A stretch of 62,939 bases of DNA, counting the filler, from Basidiobolus ranarum (taxonomy: Eukaryota), in the NCBI GenBank assembly GCA_040143965.1. It is 20 parts of 20 records of this genome, joined end to end, with 100 filler letters (N's around TTAATTAATTAA, not from the genome) between each part and the next. Parts side by side here need not be neighbours in the genome. Positions count along the whole stretch, not along the records: positions 1 to 3,068 come from JASJQH010002754.1; positions 3,169 to 6,234 come from JASJQH010002755.1; positions 6,335 to 9,398 come from JASJQH010002756.1; positions 9,499 to 12,559 come from JASJQH010002757.1; 16 more parts are not named here. One strand, written 5' to 3'. Every line of letters starts with the position of its first letter. The first letter of the stretch is position 1. This document shows, piece after piece, positions 1 through 12,659 of this stretch. The notes beneath the pieces are model-generated. The model saw only the letters and a list, made by a program, of their open reading frames with translations. It ran no database searches and was not told the DNA's origin. The position numbers were made by a program, and so were the translations under genes.

Positions 1-71
1 TTCTATTGATTTACTAGTAGAAGTTACCTATTCCACCTATACCCAACTTTCCTATTAATCGATCTTAGCAT

Positions 72-2160
72 ATGATTATTGCTTGGTGGCTGATAACTTT
101 GGCGACAAAGTTCCTCTTTGTCGACTCGATGATATATTCTTCTGACAAATTCTTGTTGTTTCCTGATAAAGAACCTTATTTCATATCCCAATTCAGCTTT
201 TTGTCTGAAGGGGAAGTACAATTCTCAGTTGGAAATTTTGGATTCTTAGACTCCAAGGTCAGCATCTAATACTGTCCCACTTTCATATATAGCCACTTAT
301 TTTAAGCTCGAATAGAACGATTCCCTAAGCCAAGCAAGCCAAATAAAACTTATTGTCCTTGACGATGAGACTTGGTCAGGGGTAAACCTAATTTAATGTC
401 TTTTTTGACAATACAATGCACTAACTCTGGACCTCAAGTTTGCTAATTATGTAATAGGTTCGCAAGGAAGCTACTGTTCTTCAATATCCTTCTTACCTGC
501 TGGAAATTATTTCTCCTTCGCTACTTTGAACCCAATCAAAGCTTTAGAGCCTTTAGATACACAAAACCCAACTTTTAAATATGTTGTTCGTAAAGAGGGG
601 ATTTATGATGTCTTACTGATGAATTGCTCTCCCGTATCAGTCCGATTTTCGGTAACTCATATAGTTCATAAATCGGAACCACTACCGTATTTGCCCAAAA
701 CTAACCCTTCGATAGTTCAAAGCTGCCCTTATAAACATGCAAAATGGGAATATCAATCACCTGGATTCTGGTGATATACCTTTACCTATCATCTACACAG
801 TTTTTGCACTCGGTATCTGGCCCCTAATGGCTGCCTTCTGGACCTTTAATTGGTATAAACATCGAAAGGTAATACTAGTAAAGATATGCACTTGCAGGAC
901 AACACAGAATTGTTAATAAGTTGTTGCTATACTTAGGCTTCGCTGTTGTTACACTCAATCCTTGCATCACAAGTGGTAATTAGTATCACGCATAGCCTCT
1001 TTAGTATATTCTTCTTCAATTCCATCTCCAAAACAGGTACAGCTCTCTCTATATATATATATTGCCCAGACACTTTGGCAAAATTCTGTTAACACTATAC
1101 TTTTAGGCGAGATATCAACTGTAATGCAAGTACTAAGAGCATTGTTGATATTCCTGACCAGCACTATATATTTTACATTTCGTATGCTGATTTCTAAAGG
1201 ATGGGGGGTATTGAGAATAAGCTTGACGTCTCAAGAAAAACGAATCATTTTTGGTAATATATAAGAATCCTCATGATATCCTATTATTTGATTCGATTAT
1301 AACGCAACAATTCAACTAGCTCTTGTAACGTTTACTTCATCAGCGTGTACATTTTATATCCTTCTAGGTGGCTCGTCATTGGTAACAGATAAAATATGCA
1401 ACAAGTCAAAAATTGAAAGTAGCTGACATTATGCCCTATAGATATCAGTGGTAGTATTCAACTTTATGGTATATTTCTACATGGCATGTAGCTTCAGACA
1501 TCATTTGTTTGCTCTACATGGTTATATTAACCAACTGAAGCGAGATAAAAGCACTCAAGAACTTATATCTGCGTACCAGAACAAATGGAAGTTACTACAG
1601 TATGTGATCTTTTGACTTTTGTATTACGAGATAAAGACTAACATGATCATTTCAGTGTCTCCTTCAAGATAACCCTGTTTATGGGGGTTGCGAACTACTT
1701 GGTAATAGGAAGTTTTTTGACGGCAAGATTTCTATCATGACTAGTTTAATCTAAATATACAACAGGTGCGCATCATGTTTTTTTTCTTTCTATCAACGAG
1801 CTACGAATATACGGAAGTCATATTTTTTGAGAGTATGATGGTTATAGAGTTTGGTATACTATGGTAGGTACATTTAACTTGTAAAAATATACATCAGTGG
1901 TCATTAAGCAGTTTGTTTTTAGTTATTTTTTCCGACTTCGTCCAGTCCCTCCTCGTATCATTATCTCATCGCCACCAGTTCTACGCCAACAACCAGAGCA
2001 TCAAATTGGAAGCAGCCAACGTAACAACTCGATAGCAGCTTCTTCAAGAAGAACAAACACTACCAGTAACACAGACTCAATGACCCAATACTCCGAGTCT
2101 GTTCGCAATAATATGCGAGTAAGAAGATGGGTATCCTCATGGTTTAGACGACGTCAGTGA
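72..2160 (+). CDS. Multi-exon GOST/GPR107-like (lung seven-transmembrane receptor family) membrane protein
   Basis: Signal-peptide-like N-terminus, then 'ISQFSFLSEGEVQFSV', lumenal 'GIYDVLLMNC', TM 'FALGIWPLMAAFWTFNWYKHRK' and 'LISKGWGVLRISLTSQEKR'. Many short GT-AG introns; the last exon ends at TGA 2158-2160. Family assigned from motif recall. Confidence 0.6.
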
Positions 2161-3068
2161 ACAAAAGATTTATCAAAGAAACACCTAGAGTTAATAATAC
2201 ATACACATATACGTACTAGGAAGCGCTGCTTTCACTCACTGCAATAGAATTTTTGGTTACGAGCTTGAATTTGTAAATAGAGTTCACCGACCATTTTGTA
2301 TTTTTTGTGTTTTTACAATAATAATTTTTGACTTACCTAACCCTAAAATCCCAGTATCTTTGCACCCTGTGTATCAGGTCATTCTGCCATACGCTAAGAT
2401 TAACATCAAATCAAGTATTCACTGCGCATAATCAATGCTGATAGCATGCAAGGGGGTTAGGGTAAAGATTTGTTGAGTCAGACGGGAGTGACGGGAAAGC
2501 ATAGGGGTCAGATATCAGATGAAATAATACGACTCTTGTATCATACTTTGCTTAGTCGGAATACATTTCTGCCAGTTGCCATCCGTGCTAGATCTTAATC
2601 TTGATTGAATTAACCTTACGCCTGATAGTACAACTGAGCTTTTTTGCTTGTTCACAAGTACATGCTATCTAAAGTGGGTTACAATATCTACCCTCGTTAA
2701 AGATTTAATCAACATCTGGGCAATAACTGATGAATTGGGCATTATTGATATTATTCCTTAATGACAGTGATTCCCTTATTTACGACTTTTCTCCTACAAT
2801 AAATATTGAGGATCTAAAAGAACTCGATAAATATTTCAATCCTCTTGAGCCCAATTTGTTTGGACGGTGAAAAAAAAAGAATCTAAGAAAAGCGTTACTT
2901 TGTGTCGATAGTAATATGTTTTTAGGTGAAGAATATGAAAATTGCGCACTCGGGTATGATCCCCTAGTAAGGGATAGTAAGGTCACTATATATTTCTCAA
3001 ACGCTCCCCTTTTACCTCATCCTTGTAACTTTAGTGTTTAGTTTTCTTTTAACTCATCCAAACGTATT

Positions 3069-3168
3069 NNNNNNNNNNNNNNNNNNNNNNNNNNNNNNNN
3101 NNNNNNNNNNNNTTAATTAATTAANNNNNNNNNNNNNNNNNNNNNNNNNNNNNNNNNNNNNNNNNNNN
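3069..3168. other. Artificial contig linker (44N-TTAATTAATTAA-44N), first of 19
   Basis: Identical 100-bp linkers start at 3069, 6235, 9399, 12560, 15721, 18880, 22038, 25194, 28349, 31502, 34653, 37800, 40945, 44090, 47234, 50377, 53520, 56661 and 59801. The linker has stops in all six frames. Confidence 0.99.
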
Positions 3169-4084
3169 TGATCAATAGAATGGGTGCGGCAAACAATACG
3201 TGAATGGTAATGGCGGCAGTGGCGGCATAGGTAAGTACAGCGCCTTGGGGGAAATTTTGAAAGATGGGTGAGACTACTGAGTTGCCATAGGCAAGATATC
3301 CGACAACACCAGCCAAAATATATAAAACCAAAGTGGTAAGCATGGCACATGTCAAAATCTTTGTCCAGGCCTTGGGAGTCTTCATTGTCTTTTCTACAGC
3401 TGGGAATACTGGACTACCTCCAAAAGATAAACTGATAGAGGCTAGAGCGATGGGAATACCAGAAACCTTGACAAACTCATGAGTGTACTTTTTACTTTCA
3501 TCCAAATCTTTCAAACCAACGATAAGAATGACAACGACGGTAAAGACGGTGGCAAGTGTTCCAAATACAGCAAGGATTTCGACTTCTTTCATGGTTCTGA
3601 AGATGACAAATGGTATCCAGATGACCACTGCTGCGATAATGGTCCACACTTGGCGAGATAAGTGGACACTGGTTTGGTCAACCATATCCTTTAGATTGAT
3701 ACCAATCAACATGATAAAGGCACATCCAACACCGAAGTAGAAGCATAGAAGGAAAACCTCGACTAAATATTTTCCAAATTTACCAAAAGCAGCTTCGCCA
3801 ACAGCAGAATAACCAGCTAGTCTGTCTTTTCCATTGTAGTATAGACATTTGATCAAAAGATGACCGGTATAGATGCAGAGGAAGCAGGAGAAGACGGTGA
3901 GGAAGGCGGCAAACCATCCACTTTGATTGAAGGCATATGCCATTTGAATGACACCCATACCAGCAATTACGCACACAACGTTGAAATAAGCACCAAAGTT
4001 GGAACTAGTTCCGGTATGAGGGTCATTGCATACCTCAAATGTGAGGTCTTTTTGACAGGAATCTTTCCCTTCAATATCTGACAT
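3169..4084 (-). CDS. Amino acid transporter, Aa_trans/AAAP family (AVT1-like), 3'-truncated
   Basis: 'AYFNVVCVIAGMGVIQMAYAFNQSGW', 'LIKCLY', 'GEAAFG', 'FPAVEKTMKTP', 'GYLAYG' and many TM helices. Intronless in the visible part. Confidence 0.92.
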
Positions 4085-5602
4085 TTTGAAATCGGCGATT
4101 TGTTGTTAGTTTTTCGGATTTTATCTCTTGATCCGGCAAGATTGTTGGTACAGAGAAGAGGAGTTTCTTGGTATCTTAATGTTTGAATGCTGAAAGACAA
4201 AAGGTGGGGTCTTCTTTTAAATGAAATTTATCTCCAAACTCGACAAACTCTATCTAGAAAATATCCGCCAATGCAGATGACTTTCTCCATGTCAATAAGT
4301 CTAACTGAAGTAGAGAAACTTCCAGTTTGTCACACTCTCAACAATTGACATTTAGGGACTTGGTGGCGGTTCCTATTGGATGAGCAATAAGGTTAGCAAA
4401 TATTCTACAGATTTTTGATCCACTCAGAGCTATGAGTCAGACATTGTCAACAGAAATGGAACAAAAAAGGGAATTCAAAAACCAAATTCCCAATTAATCA
4501 AGAATCACGAATTTTAACTCGTGAATAGTAGCACCTATCAGTACCAAATCATATATATATAAGTACATATATATTAATTATTGATCGAAAAGAAACTACT
4601 TATTGGTGTATACTACTGGGGTTGGCAATTAAGGTAATGCAAAGGAAAAAAACGTCCTAATATAGAAAGGGTCAAGTTACTAGTCATGCGACTAGAGATA
4701 GTGAGCTCTCCAAAACTGCGATTCAATATTGCCTTTAGCTATCCTTGGAATACTATCAGCACTATGGTTGTTTTGGATTGGGGTGCTCATACTAAAACTG
4801 TCTAAATTTAGTGGCAATAGCTATCGATAATGGAGGTTTTGCATTTGCCTAGCTCTATCTTTTTTAGTTACGCTCAGTATCTTGAGAATGTGTTACCATA
4901 GAAGTGCTGATAAAAAGCAGCAGCTTGAAGCTTAGGTACAACCGTAAGTTCGGTAATAGACACAGTACTAGTATTAATGACGGCAACACCTAGATCAATT
5001 ACAGGCTTGGCTATTAATCGTAAATCTACCGATTACATATTGTTGATATATACTAATTTACCATAAACGTATGCATGCATTTTTACAATAAATCAATTTT
5101 TCTGGATTGAGCACAGCAGGTTTAAATCATTCAAACTTATCCTAACCCTTGTAATATTTGTGCACATCTCGACTCATTTGCTAAAGATGAACTGTTTATC
5201 TTCAAGTATAAAACACAGAATTACACTACTAATAACCCACAAATATCTACAACATCTATGCACTTCTACCTGTAACTAAATCGTGTTAAAATGTGACATC
5301 TGAAATTATTCACTGTTTATTAGTTAAATATCACCAGGTTGAAAGTTGGAAAAAAGAAAGGATCTTTGTCTAAAAAGGCTGTGAGTAAAAAGTGTCATTC
5401 TGTATCAATTTGTATGGCTTTGAAATTCTAAATTCTTGGATAATTCACATATATCCCAAGTATATGTTCCGATTCTGAACTGTGCTATTTGACTAAATCA
5501 TGTTGACTTAGATGTAATATATGAAATAGTTAAGTGTATAAAGATAGAGACAATAAATATGCTAAAGTCTATATACTTGAATACCCGGACTCAACTAATT
5601 AT

Positions 5603-5901
5603 TGTTGTAATATTTTGGGAGTTTGTTGGAAGTGGTTTGGAGAACTACAAGAATTAGTGATTTTCACTTATTGAGTGGAAAGTTGATATTTATAGTTTTG
5701 TCAAAGGGTAAACAGACACACATGTAGAATGTATTAAGGAAGGCCCCAGGAACATGTGTACCAAGGTTAGGGCCTGTACGACAAGTGTCCAAAATGTTCT
5801 ACGTAAATTCCTCTTGAGGTGATATCTTAGTTCAATATGGATTAACTAAATACTAAGCTATGCATGACGATATAGATGTTTGGGCTATGTTAATTTCAAC
5901 C
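5603..5901 (-). mobile_element. Solo LTR, copia family B, with 5-bp TSD ATTAT
   Basis: TGTTG...TTTCAAC termini; ATTAT at 5598-5602 and 5902-5906; homologous to 30978-31316 and 48988-49334. Confidence 0.85.
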
Positions 5902-5929
5902 ATTATACATATATCGTAATCCTAAGTTC

Positions 5930-6050
5930 TTGGGTCTTAAATTTTTCAAATTTAGGCTTTGACAAAAGTATAGTTAGAATGTCAGCAATCATGTGCTCAG
6001 CTGGACCATAACTGAACATGCTCATTTTCAATGGCTTCCCTGACAAAGTA
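5930..6050 (-). mobile_element. Copia RNase H C-terminal remnant
   Basis: Minus strand reads 'FVREAIENEHVQL...HMIADILT', similar to 12660-12760. Confidence 0.65.
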
Positions 6051-6125
6051 AATCAAAATTATTGGATCCAACTTTAAACTTAAGGATATTTAACTAACAA
6101 ATATTGACTAGCATATATGTAATAT

Positions 6126-6234
6126 TGTTGGATAATTAATCTTTATTCAACATCATAGTTAACTTTAGTTATGATACATATATCAGAAACAGAAAGCAAC
6201 ATATCTATAGCCCCTATATTCTAAATAGGAATAT
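6126..6234 (+). mobile_element. LTR family A, 5' part, cut by contig end
   Basis: TGTTGGATAATTAATCTTTATTCAACATC..., near-identical to the LTRs at 49978 and 55056. Confidence 0.85.
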
Positions 6235-6334
6235 NNNNNNNNNNNNNNNNNNNNNNNNNNNNNNNNNNNNNNNNNNNNTTAATTAATTAANNNNNNNNNN
6301 NNNNNNNNNNNNNNNNNNNNNNNNNNNNNNNNNN

Positions 6335-6912
6335 GCCAAGTTTCTTGACACCATTCACATATGTCATCATATCCAATTCCTCAGACAGACAAGAGTTTAA
6401 GAATTTTCTTTGTAGTATCATCAAGTGAGCAAGCCCTTTTTGCTCATGATACTTCACTAAGGTTTCCCATGCATTCTTGGCTGAGTCAGCATCTCTGACT
6501 AGCATAAGTTGTTATGATCCCAGTCTTAGACATATTTCCCTAAATGCCAATTTGTCTATTTCTTTAAAGGTTGCCCTGAATTCACTTGCTGCTACCATAT
6601 TAGAGGATCTTGATATAATGGCGGTAGATTTGTATATTAGAAGCAACTTACAATGGTGCTTTTTGGCTACTTTATTCTTAAGTGAGTATGGTGACTGATA
6701 TAGTAGAAAAGTAAATCACTTGTTTGAGATATTCAGGAGCTTGTGTAATAAATTAGAATAGATAAGTGGAGTTAATTGGATATGCTTGTTATGTAGATAT
6801 AGAGACATTTTTACTAGGAATATAGGGGCTATTAATATATTGCTCCTTTTTTTGATATATATATCATAATTTAAGTTAGCTATGATGTTGAATAAAGAAT
6901 AATTAGCCAACA
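6335..6912 (-). mobile_element. Copia family A 5' LTR (6598-6912), PBS and internally deleted gag
   Basis: LTR A on the minus strand is followed by TGGTAGCAGCAAG and then gag 'MLVRDADSAKNAWETLVKYHEQKG...KFLN'. Confidence 0.85.
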
Positions 6913-7208
6913 CACAACATCTACCCTAATAGAGATAAATCTGGACTTGATCAAAAATGTGTCAAATTAGATTTTATTGGATCCAAATGATAGCCAGAAA
7001 TTTCCTTATCAATCTATGGCTTGTAGTTTGATATATATTGTGGTTGGAGCATAGCCAGATACTACATATTCTGTGACAGCACTGTGCTCAATATCTTCAA
7101 AAATATGGATCTGAATAAATCATAGGAGTCAAGTGGATATTCAGATTTTTTAAACATTTTGCACTCAAATATAAATATTCTTGACCTAACTTTGATCTGA
7201 TTGGATAT

Positions 7209-8797
7209 TGTTGCAAGATCTTGCCATAAAGGGGGTAGCTTTTGTTTATTTGAAGCAACTTATGATAGTGTGTTTTAGTTACTTTATTCTTAAGTGTATA
7301 TGGTGACTTAAGTAGCAGAAAAGGAAATCAATTGTTTAAGATATTCAAGAGTTTGTGCAATAAGATACAATTGATAAATGGGATTAATAAGACATACTTG
7401 TTATATAGATACAGAGATATGCCTATTTAGAATACAGAGGCTATAGATATGTTGCTTTCTGTTTCTGATATATGTATCATAACTAAATTTAACCAAGATG
7501 TTGAATAAAGATTAATTATCCAACACTTTCCCTAAATCCTATATAGCATTGTGCTTATGCTTGCAAATACCTATTCTTGCTCTTAACTTATCAAAGCTTG
7601 AAGTTTTGAATGGTTTTGTTAGTATATCTGCAAGCATGTTTTCAGTATTACAATAAATTAAGTTCACTTCTTTGTCTTGAACTTTCTCTTGTAAAAAATG
7701 ATGTCTTATCGCAATATTTTTCATCCATGAGTGATGCTCCAGATCTTTGGTGATAAAAATACAACTAATATTATCTTGATACATTGGGGTAGTGTTAACT
7801 TGAACATATCCTAGTTCCTTGAGAAGACTTCTTAGCCATATAGCTTCTTGAACAGCTATAGGGCTTGCCATATATTCCGCTTCTGTAGTTGATGATGCAA
7901 CAGTTTGTTACTTCTAGCTAGTCCAGCTTATTTGCCTACCTGCTAGCTTAAACACATATCCAGTTCTGGACTCACAGTCTTCTGCATCATTAGCCCAGTC
8001 TGCTTCAGCATATTCTTCCAAAATAAGTGACATGTTGTACTGCTTACTAAATTGAATACCATGATGTATTGTTCCTTTCAGATAGTAATTTATTTGTTTT
8101 ACAGCTAGCAAATGTTCCACTGCAGGATTTTCCATACATTTGCTTACTATGCTTACTACAGTAGCAATATCAGGCCTAGTAGCACTTGCTATATATACAA
8201 GACATCCAACTGCACTACAGTAAGGAACATATTTCATGGTTTCAATCTGCTCAGAGGTCTTTAGTTCCATATACTTGGTGAATTTAAGCATATCCAGTGG
8301 ATTTGAAGCTGTTTGATATTTGACATTGAATCTGTTTAAAGCATCTCCAATATATTTTTCTTGTGTAATACAGAGTATTCCAATATTAGAATTTTGATGT
8401 ATCCGCATTACAGGACAATATGCTAGTGATCCTAGATCTTGCATTTCAAACTTGGTAGATAGCCAAGCCTTAGTTTGTTTCCTGAGATTTTAGCAATTAC
8501 TAAGTGTTACCATGTTCTTAATATAGAGAGCAAGGGAGAAAATTCATTTTTGTCATCATCTGATGTCATTTAGGGTGAACTTTTTTCATTTCCATCAAAC
8601 AAAACATCCCTGGGCTTAATTAATATTGACATCTTGGTATCATAGAGTTTGCAGGCCTCAGTTTGAGTACAATAATGTGGAAATATGCATTTGTTACTTT
8701 TTGGTTCAAATTTAGACAAATTTTTGATCATAATTTTGACATAAGCAATGCATCCAAAGATCCTCAAATGTTTTACCAAAGGTTTAACTCCAAGCAA
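7209..8797 (-). mobile_element. Copia family A pol remnant (integrase C-terminus, RT, RNase H), PPT and 3' LTR (7209-7525)
   Basis: 'HLRIFGCIAY', 'VPYCSAVGCLVY..ATRPDI', 'YAEADWA..SRTGYVF', 'EAIWLRSLL..MLADILTKP'. Purine tract AGGGAAAG directly precedes the LTR. Stops and deletions present. Confidence 0.9.
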
Positions 8798-9398
8798 CTA
8801 TATCTGCAATATCCTAAGGGTTTTGTGAGGTGTGCAAAGGGTTCAATAACTATGATTGAATAACTCTGGGGTGCACTGTAGTATGGGTCTCTCTCTTGCT
8901 TCTTAGGTCTTTGTGTAAGGGAATCAAGCCTCTAGAAATGTCTAAGGACTGATAAACTACAATGCAATGTCCAGCTTTCTGTTTAATAATATGCTGGTGC
9001 CTGACAAAAGTACATACGGGCTTCAACATCCTTGGAGAATAATCAGATAAAAATGGCATATACAATCAAAAACAACTGTAAACTCAGCCAGCAGGGTCTG
9101 GAGTGAGGATGCACTAGTAGTGATTTATGGAAGGATATAAAAAATTCCTTGCCCATGCAGACAATACTAGGGAAAAAATATAAAGTATCAGCAAATAACA
9201 ACTTCCTGTCAGCACTTCCTTTAAGCTGGTGTAGTTGTTTTAGGGTGTTAGCAGCAACTATAACTGCAATATCCTAAGGGTTTTGCAAGGTGTCCAAAGG
9301 GTGCGATAACCACGGTTGAATAACTCTGGGATGTACTGTAATATGGGTCTGTCTCTTGCCTCTTGGGTCTTTGTGAAAGGGAATCAAGCCTCTAGAAA
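8795..9398. repeat. Direct repeat with ~460-bp period (8795-8938 repeated at 9255-9398)
   Basis: CAACTATA.CTGCAATATCCTAAGGGTTTTG...GGGAATCAAGCCTCTAGAAA occurs twice; the second copy is cut by the contig end. Confidence 0.8.
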
Positions 9399-9902
9399 NN
9401 NNNNNNNNNNNNNNNNNNNNNNNNNNNNNNNNNNNNNNNNNNTTAATTAATTAANNNNNNNNNNNNNNNNNNNNNNNNNNNNNNNNNNNNNNNNNNNNTT
9501 TCAGAATCTAAAAGGATTTGATTGGCTACTCGCACTTTCCAATTAGACTGATTATTCCAAAGAATAGGAATTTAGAGCATTGATCGATCAATTCCAATTT
9601 TAATACTTTCACTTTACCCAATAGCAATCACGCCATTCTAATTCATCGTTTGTCGTTGTGCTCCAAGTGGCGTGATGGTCCCAGCTTGTAAATGTGTTTT
9701 CTCTAATAAATATGCAATCCTTCCAATGTGCAAATAAGCAGTTCGAAAAAAGTGGGTGGTCTAGGAATATCATTTCACAGGTTTCAGTGGGTAAAGGAAT
9801 ATAGCTGGAGTGTCCATGTTAGAGAAAATTTTCATTGTCTGGTAATAAGTAATGGAAAAAACTTTACTTGAGCAAATAAAGACATCAACACTAATATCAA
9901 CA

Positions 9903-10186
9903 GTTTTCACTTGTTAATTTATTGAGTATTCAGTTGACATTTATAGTTTTGTGAAGAGGTAAACAAACAAACGTGTAGAATGTGTTAAAAAAGATCCTAG
10001 GAACATGTGTGCAATGTTTGGGGCTTGTAGCACAAGTTTGAAAAATCTATATATCTGAGAACTTCTAAGTTGGTGTCAATATTCTAAGTAAATTCCGATT
10101 GAGGTGATATCTCAGTTAAATATGGAATAACTAAATACTAAGCTATATATGGCTCTATCGGTATTTAGGCTATGCTTATTTCAACA
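9903..10186 (-). mobile_element. LTR family B, partial
   Basis: GTTTTCACTT...GGAACATGTGTGC...CTAAATACTAAGCTATAT...TTTCAACA. Confidence 0.8.
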
Positions 10187-10199
10187 ACTACAATAATAA

Positions 10200-11403
10200 A
10201 TTGCAGTCTTTGAACAACAGATTAGATATTTTGTAGCAGAAACAAAAGCCATTTCTTCTTCTTATCTTGCAGTATTGTTATGATGATTTTTGGGCTTTAT
10301 TTCCATATCCAAGCCTTGTAAAGAGATTCTATATATTTCTTTACAGGTGATATGTGAGATACTCCAGATAGATATTTCTAGTTACATAGTCATCTGAAAA
10401 GTAGTATGCCAATATGTAGGTAATTTACTCTTGTTGGTATCCATCACTAATAAAATATTGAAGACACCATCTGTCATTTAAAACTGTAGAAATAGTTACT
10501 AGTTGAGGTACAAAGATCAATTCACTTAGAATAGACGATTCTGAAGTGTGAAGATCATACCGAAGCTAGAGTTTTCACGATACAATTTATAAGATAGCTT
10601 CTTGTAGAAGTTCCTAAAGAGTCTGTATACTTGCAAATAGAACTTGTAATAGCAGCTTATCTTACAATGCTCGGTTTAAGTTTTGACAGTAATAGTAATA
10701 AGTCATACATTCTGAGTTCTGACAAGGGGAAAGCAAGGTTAATGGGTAGAATTTTGGCATTGCAAGTTATCTTGCTAGAAAGTCGGTGATCAAGGTTCGA
10801 TTTAACTACATCAACTACAAAGATTTCCAAGAAACTGCCAACTCTCCCATGTAAGAAAATTTCAGACTCTGACTCTTGTACCTTTACATATTGCATTCCA
10901 AACTAATAGATTTCGTTACGGAGTTTTCCGAATATTGCCTCCTCACGGATAAATAGGGGGTGAGAAAATAAGCTTCGAAATCACTCTATCGATGACTTTT
11001 ATTAGAAACATTGTATTGGACCAGGGTGAGAATATGGTGAAACGGTAGCAAAATCATCAATCTCAATACTGGGATTTGTTCTCACATAGTCATCGATACA
11101 AGCAGGCAGCTGATTACCAACTTTTTTCAAGAATATTTATCATGCAAATGGAATGGATATGCGTAAAAAAGTGGATTCAGTCGTTATACGTGCTATGATT
11201 TATCGAGGCACAAAACTTTGTGGTCAGATCTAACGCTATATGATGAGATAAATGGATAATGTACCGAATTCTTGCATAGTGACCATATTTTTTATTGCCT
11301 GATAGAGCTTTGCGTATCCATCTTGTTGAGGAGGTCGTATCAATGTTTCTAGAGAAATAAAGTGCTCTCTTGTTAGGAAAGATCGCCTAAGAACTGCCTT
11401 TTC
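10200..11403 (-). CDS. Putative multi-exon gene or pseudogene of unknown function
   Basis: Several open segments bounded by canonical splice sites, e.g. ttag|EKAVLRRSFL...MQEF|gtacat, the 10657-10896 ORF, ttag|..FYKKLSYKLYRENSSF|gtatga. No recognisable domain; boundaries approximate. Confidence 0.35.
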
Positions 11404-12277
11404 CTAAATTGTACATGGTACCACTTTCAAATTTGCTTCCATAAATTACACACATAATGCATTAGGCTCCTGATGTTACCACACTAACCGTTTCCTTCCT
11501 ACTCTCGGAGATCATGGGATTCGATCTTTGAATGATTTTGTTCTCAACATTTGTGCGGTGACTAATACATAGCATCAGTTGGCCCATTAGAAGTCAGGCG
11601 TTGTGGTAAAATCTGTTTAGTAAGTTTGAAATCAAATGTAAGTGGCCAGAGTTTGTGAGAAACATATGTCCATATTAAACCTCGCGCAGTTGGAATATGC
11701 ACTACTAAAGGAACCAATTGTCTATCAACTGTGCCTGTACTTGATGCATATTAGTCCACTAATCAGTCGCTTTAGAGGATTTCTCGGCACCAAGATAGAT
11801 ATCTCTTAGGTGCTCCAGGATGACGTGAAAATACTTCCAATGGTATTGTCTTATAATAAACGTGTTTGATTAAGATATCTTCGGTGACAAGTGGCCAAAA
11901 ACTCGATTTTGCTTTGGTAATCATTTTTCTGGGAAAATTGATCTGGTCGGCTCCAACCTATCATGTAGCTAGTGTACCAGGTTTGGTCATCGCATTGAAG
12001 TTAGTACGAGGGTAGCTTCATTTTTACTGCCGATACTAATCCCATTCTTTCCCAACGTGTCAAAGGAATATATGTTTCTAGGGACCTAGAATTCTCCCTT
12101 ATAGGGTGTGATCAACGAGTGAAAACTGGTTTCTACCAAAACATGCATGGATCATATGGTTTTTCTACAACATAAATGACCATAGCCGTTTCGCTGTTAG
12201 ATACGCATATATAAGCGTAAGCAGTGGTTGTTTATACTACACTCTCTCACATTGCTTCAATCTTCGCTTTTTGAATC

Positions 12278-12543
12278 ATGAGATTTGTATCCCTCACCAT
12301 TTGCTTCTCTGCTTTCTTGGCAACTCAGGTTGACGCTTGGGGCGCTTTAGGTATGTGATTTCTGCTTACTTTCTTTCTTCCTATGTAGAAGCGCGTAATT
12401 GACGTTTGCATTCTATTAATCAGGACATCAATTGACCGGCGCCATTGCTCAAGAATTGATCTCTAATAAGACCCTCCAACAGGTGTCTCTCCTATTACCT
12501 GCCACTTGGAATGGTGACTTGAGCAAAGCGGCTACCTGGGCTG
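12278..12543 (+). CDS. S1/P1 nuclease, secreted, 5' part (exons 12278-12350 and 12424-12543)
   Basis: Spliced translation MRFVSLTICFSAFLATQVDA-WGALGHQLTGAIAQELI...DLSKAATWA: signal peptide, N-terminal Zn-binding W..GH motif and the start of the WAD motif. GTATGT...CAG intron; TATATAA about 70 bp upstream. Confidence 0.9.
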
Positions 12544-12659
12544 GTATGTTATCCGGTCANNNNNNNNNNNNNNNNNNNNNNNNNNNNNNNNNNNNNNNNN
12601 NNNTTAATTAATTAANNNNNNNNNNNNNNNNNNNNNNNNNNNNNNNNNNNNNNNNNNNN

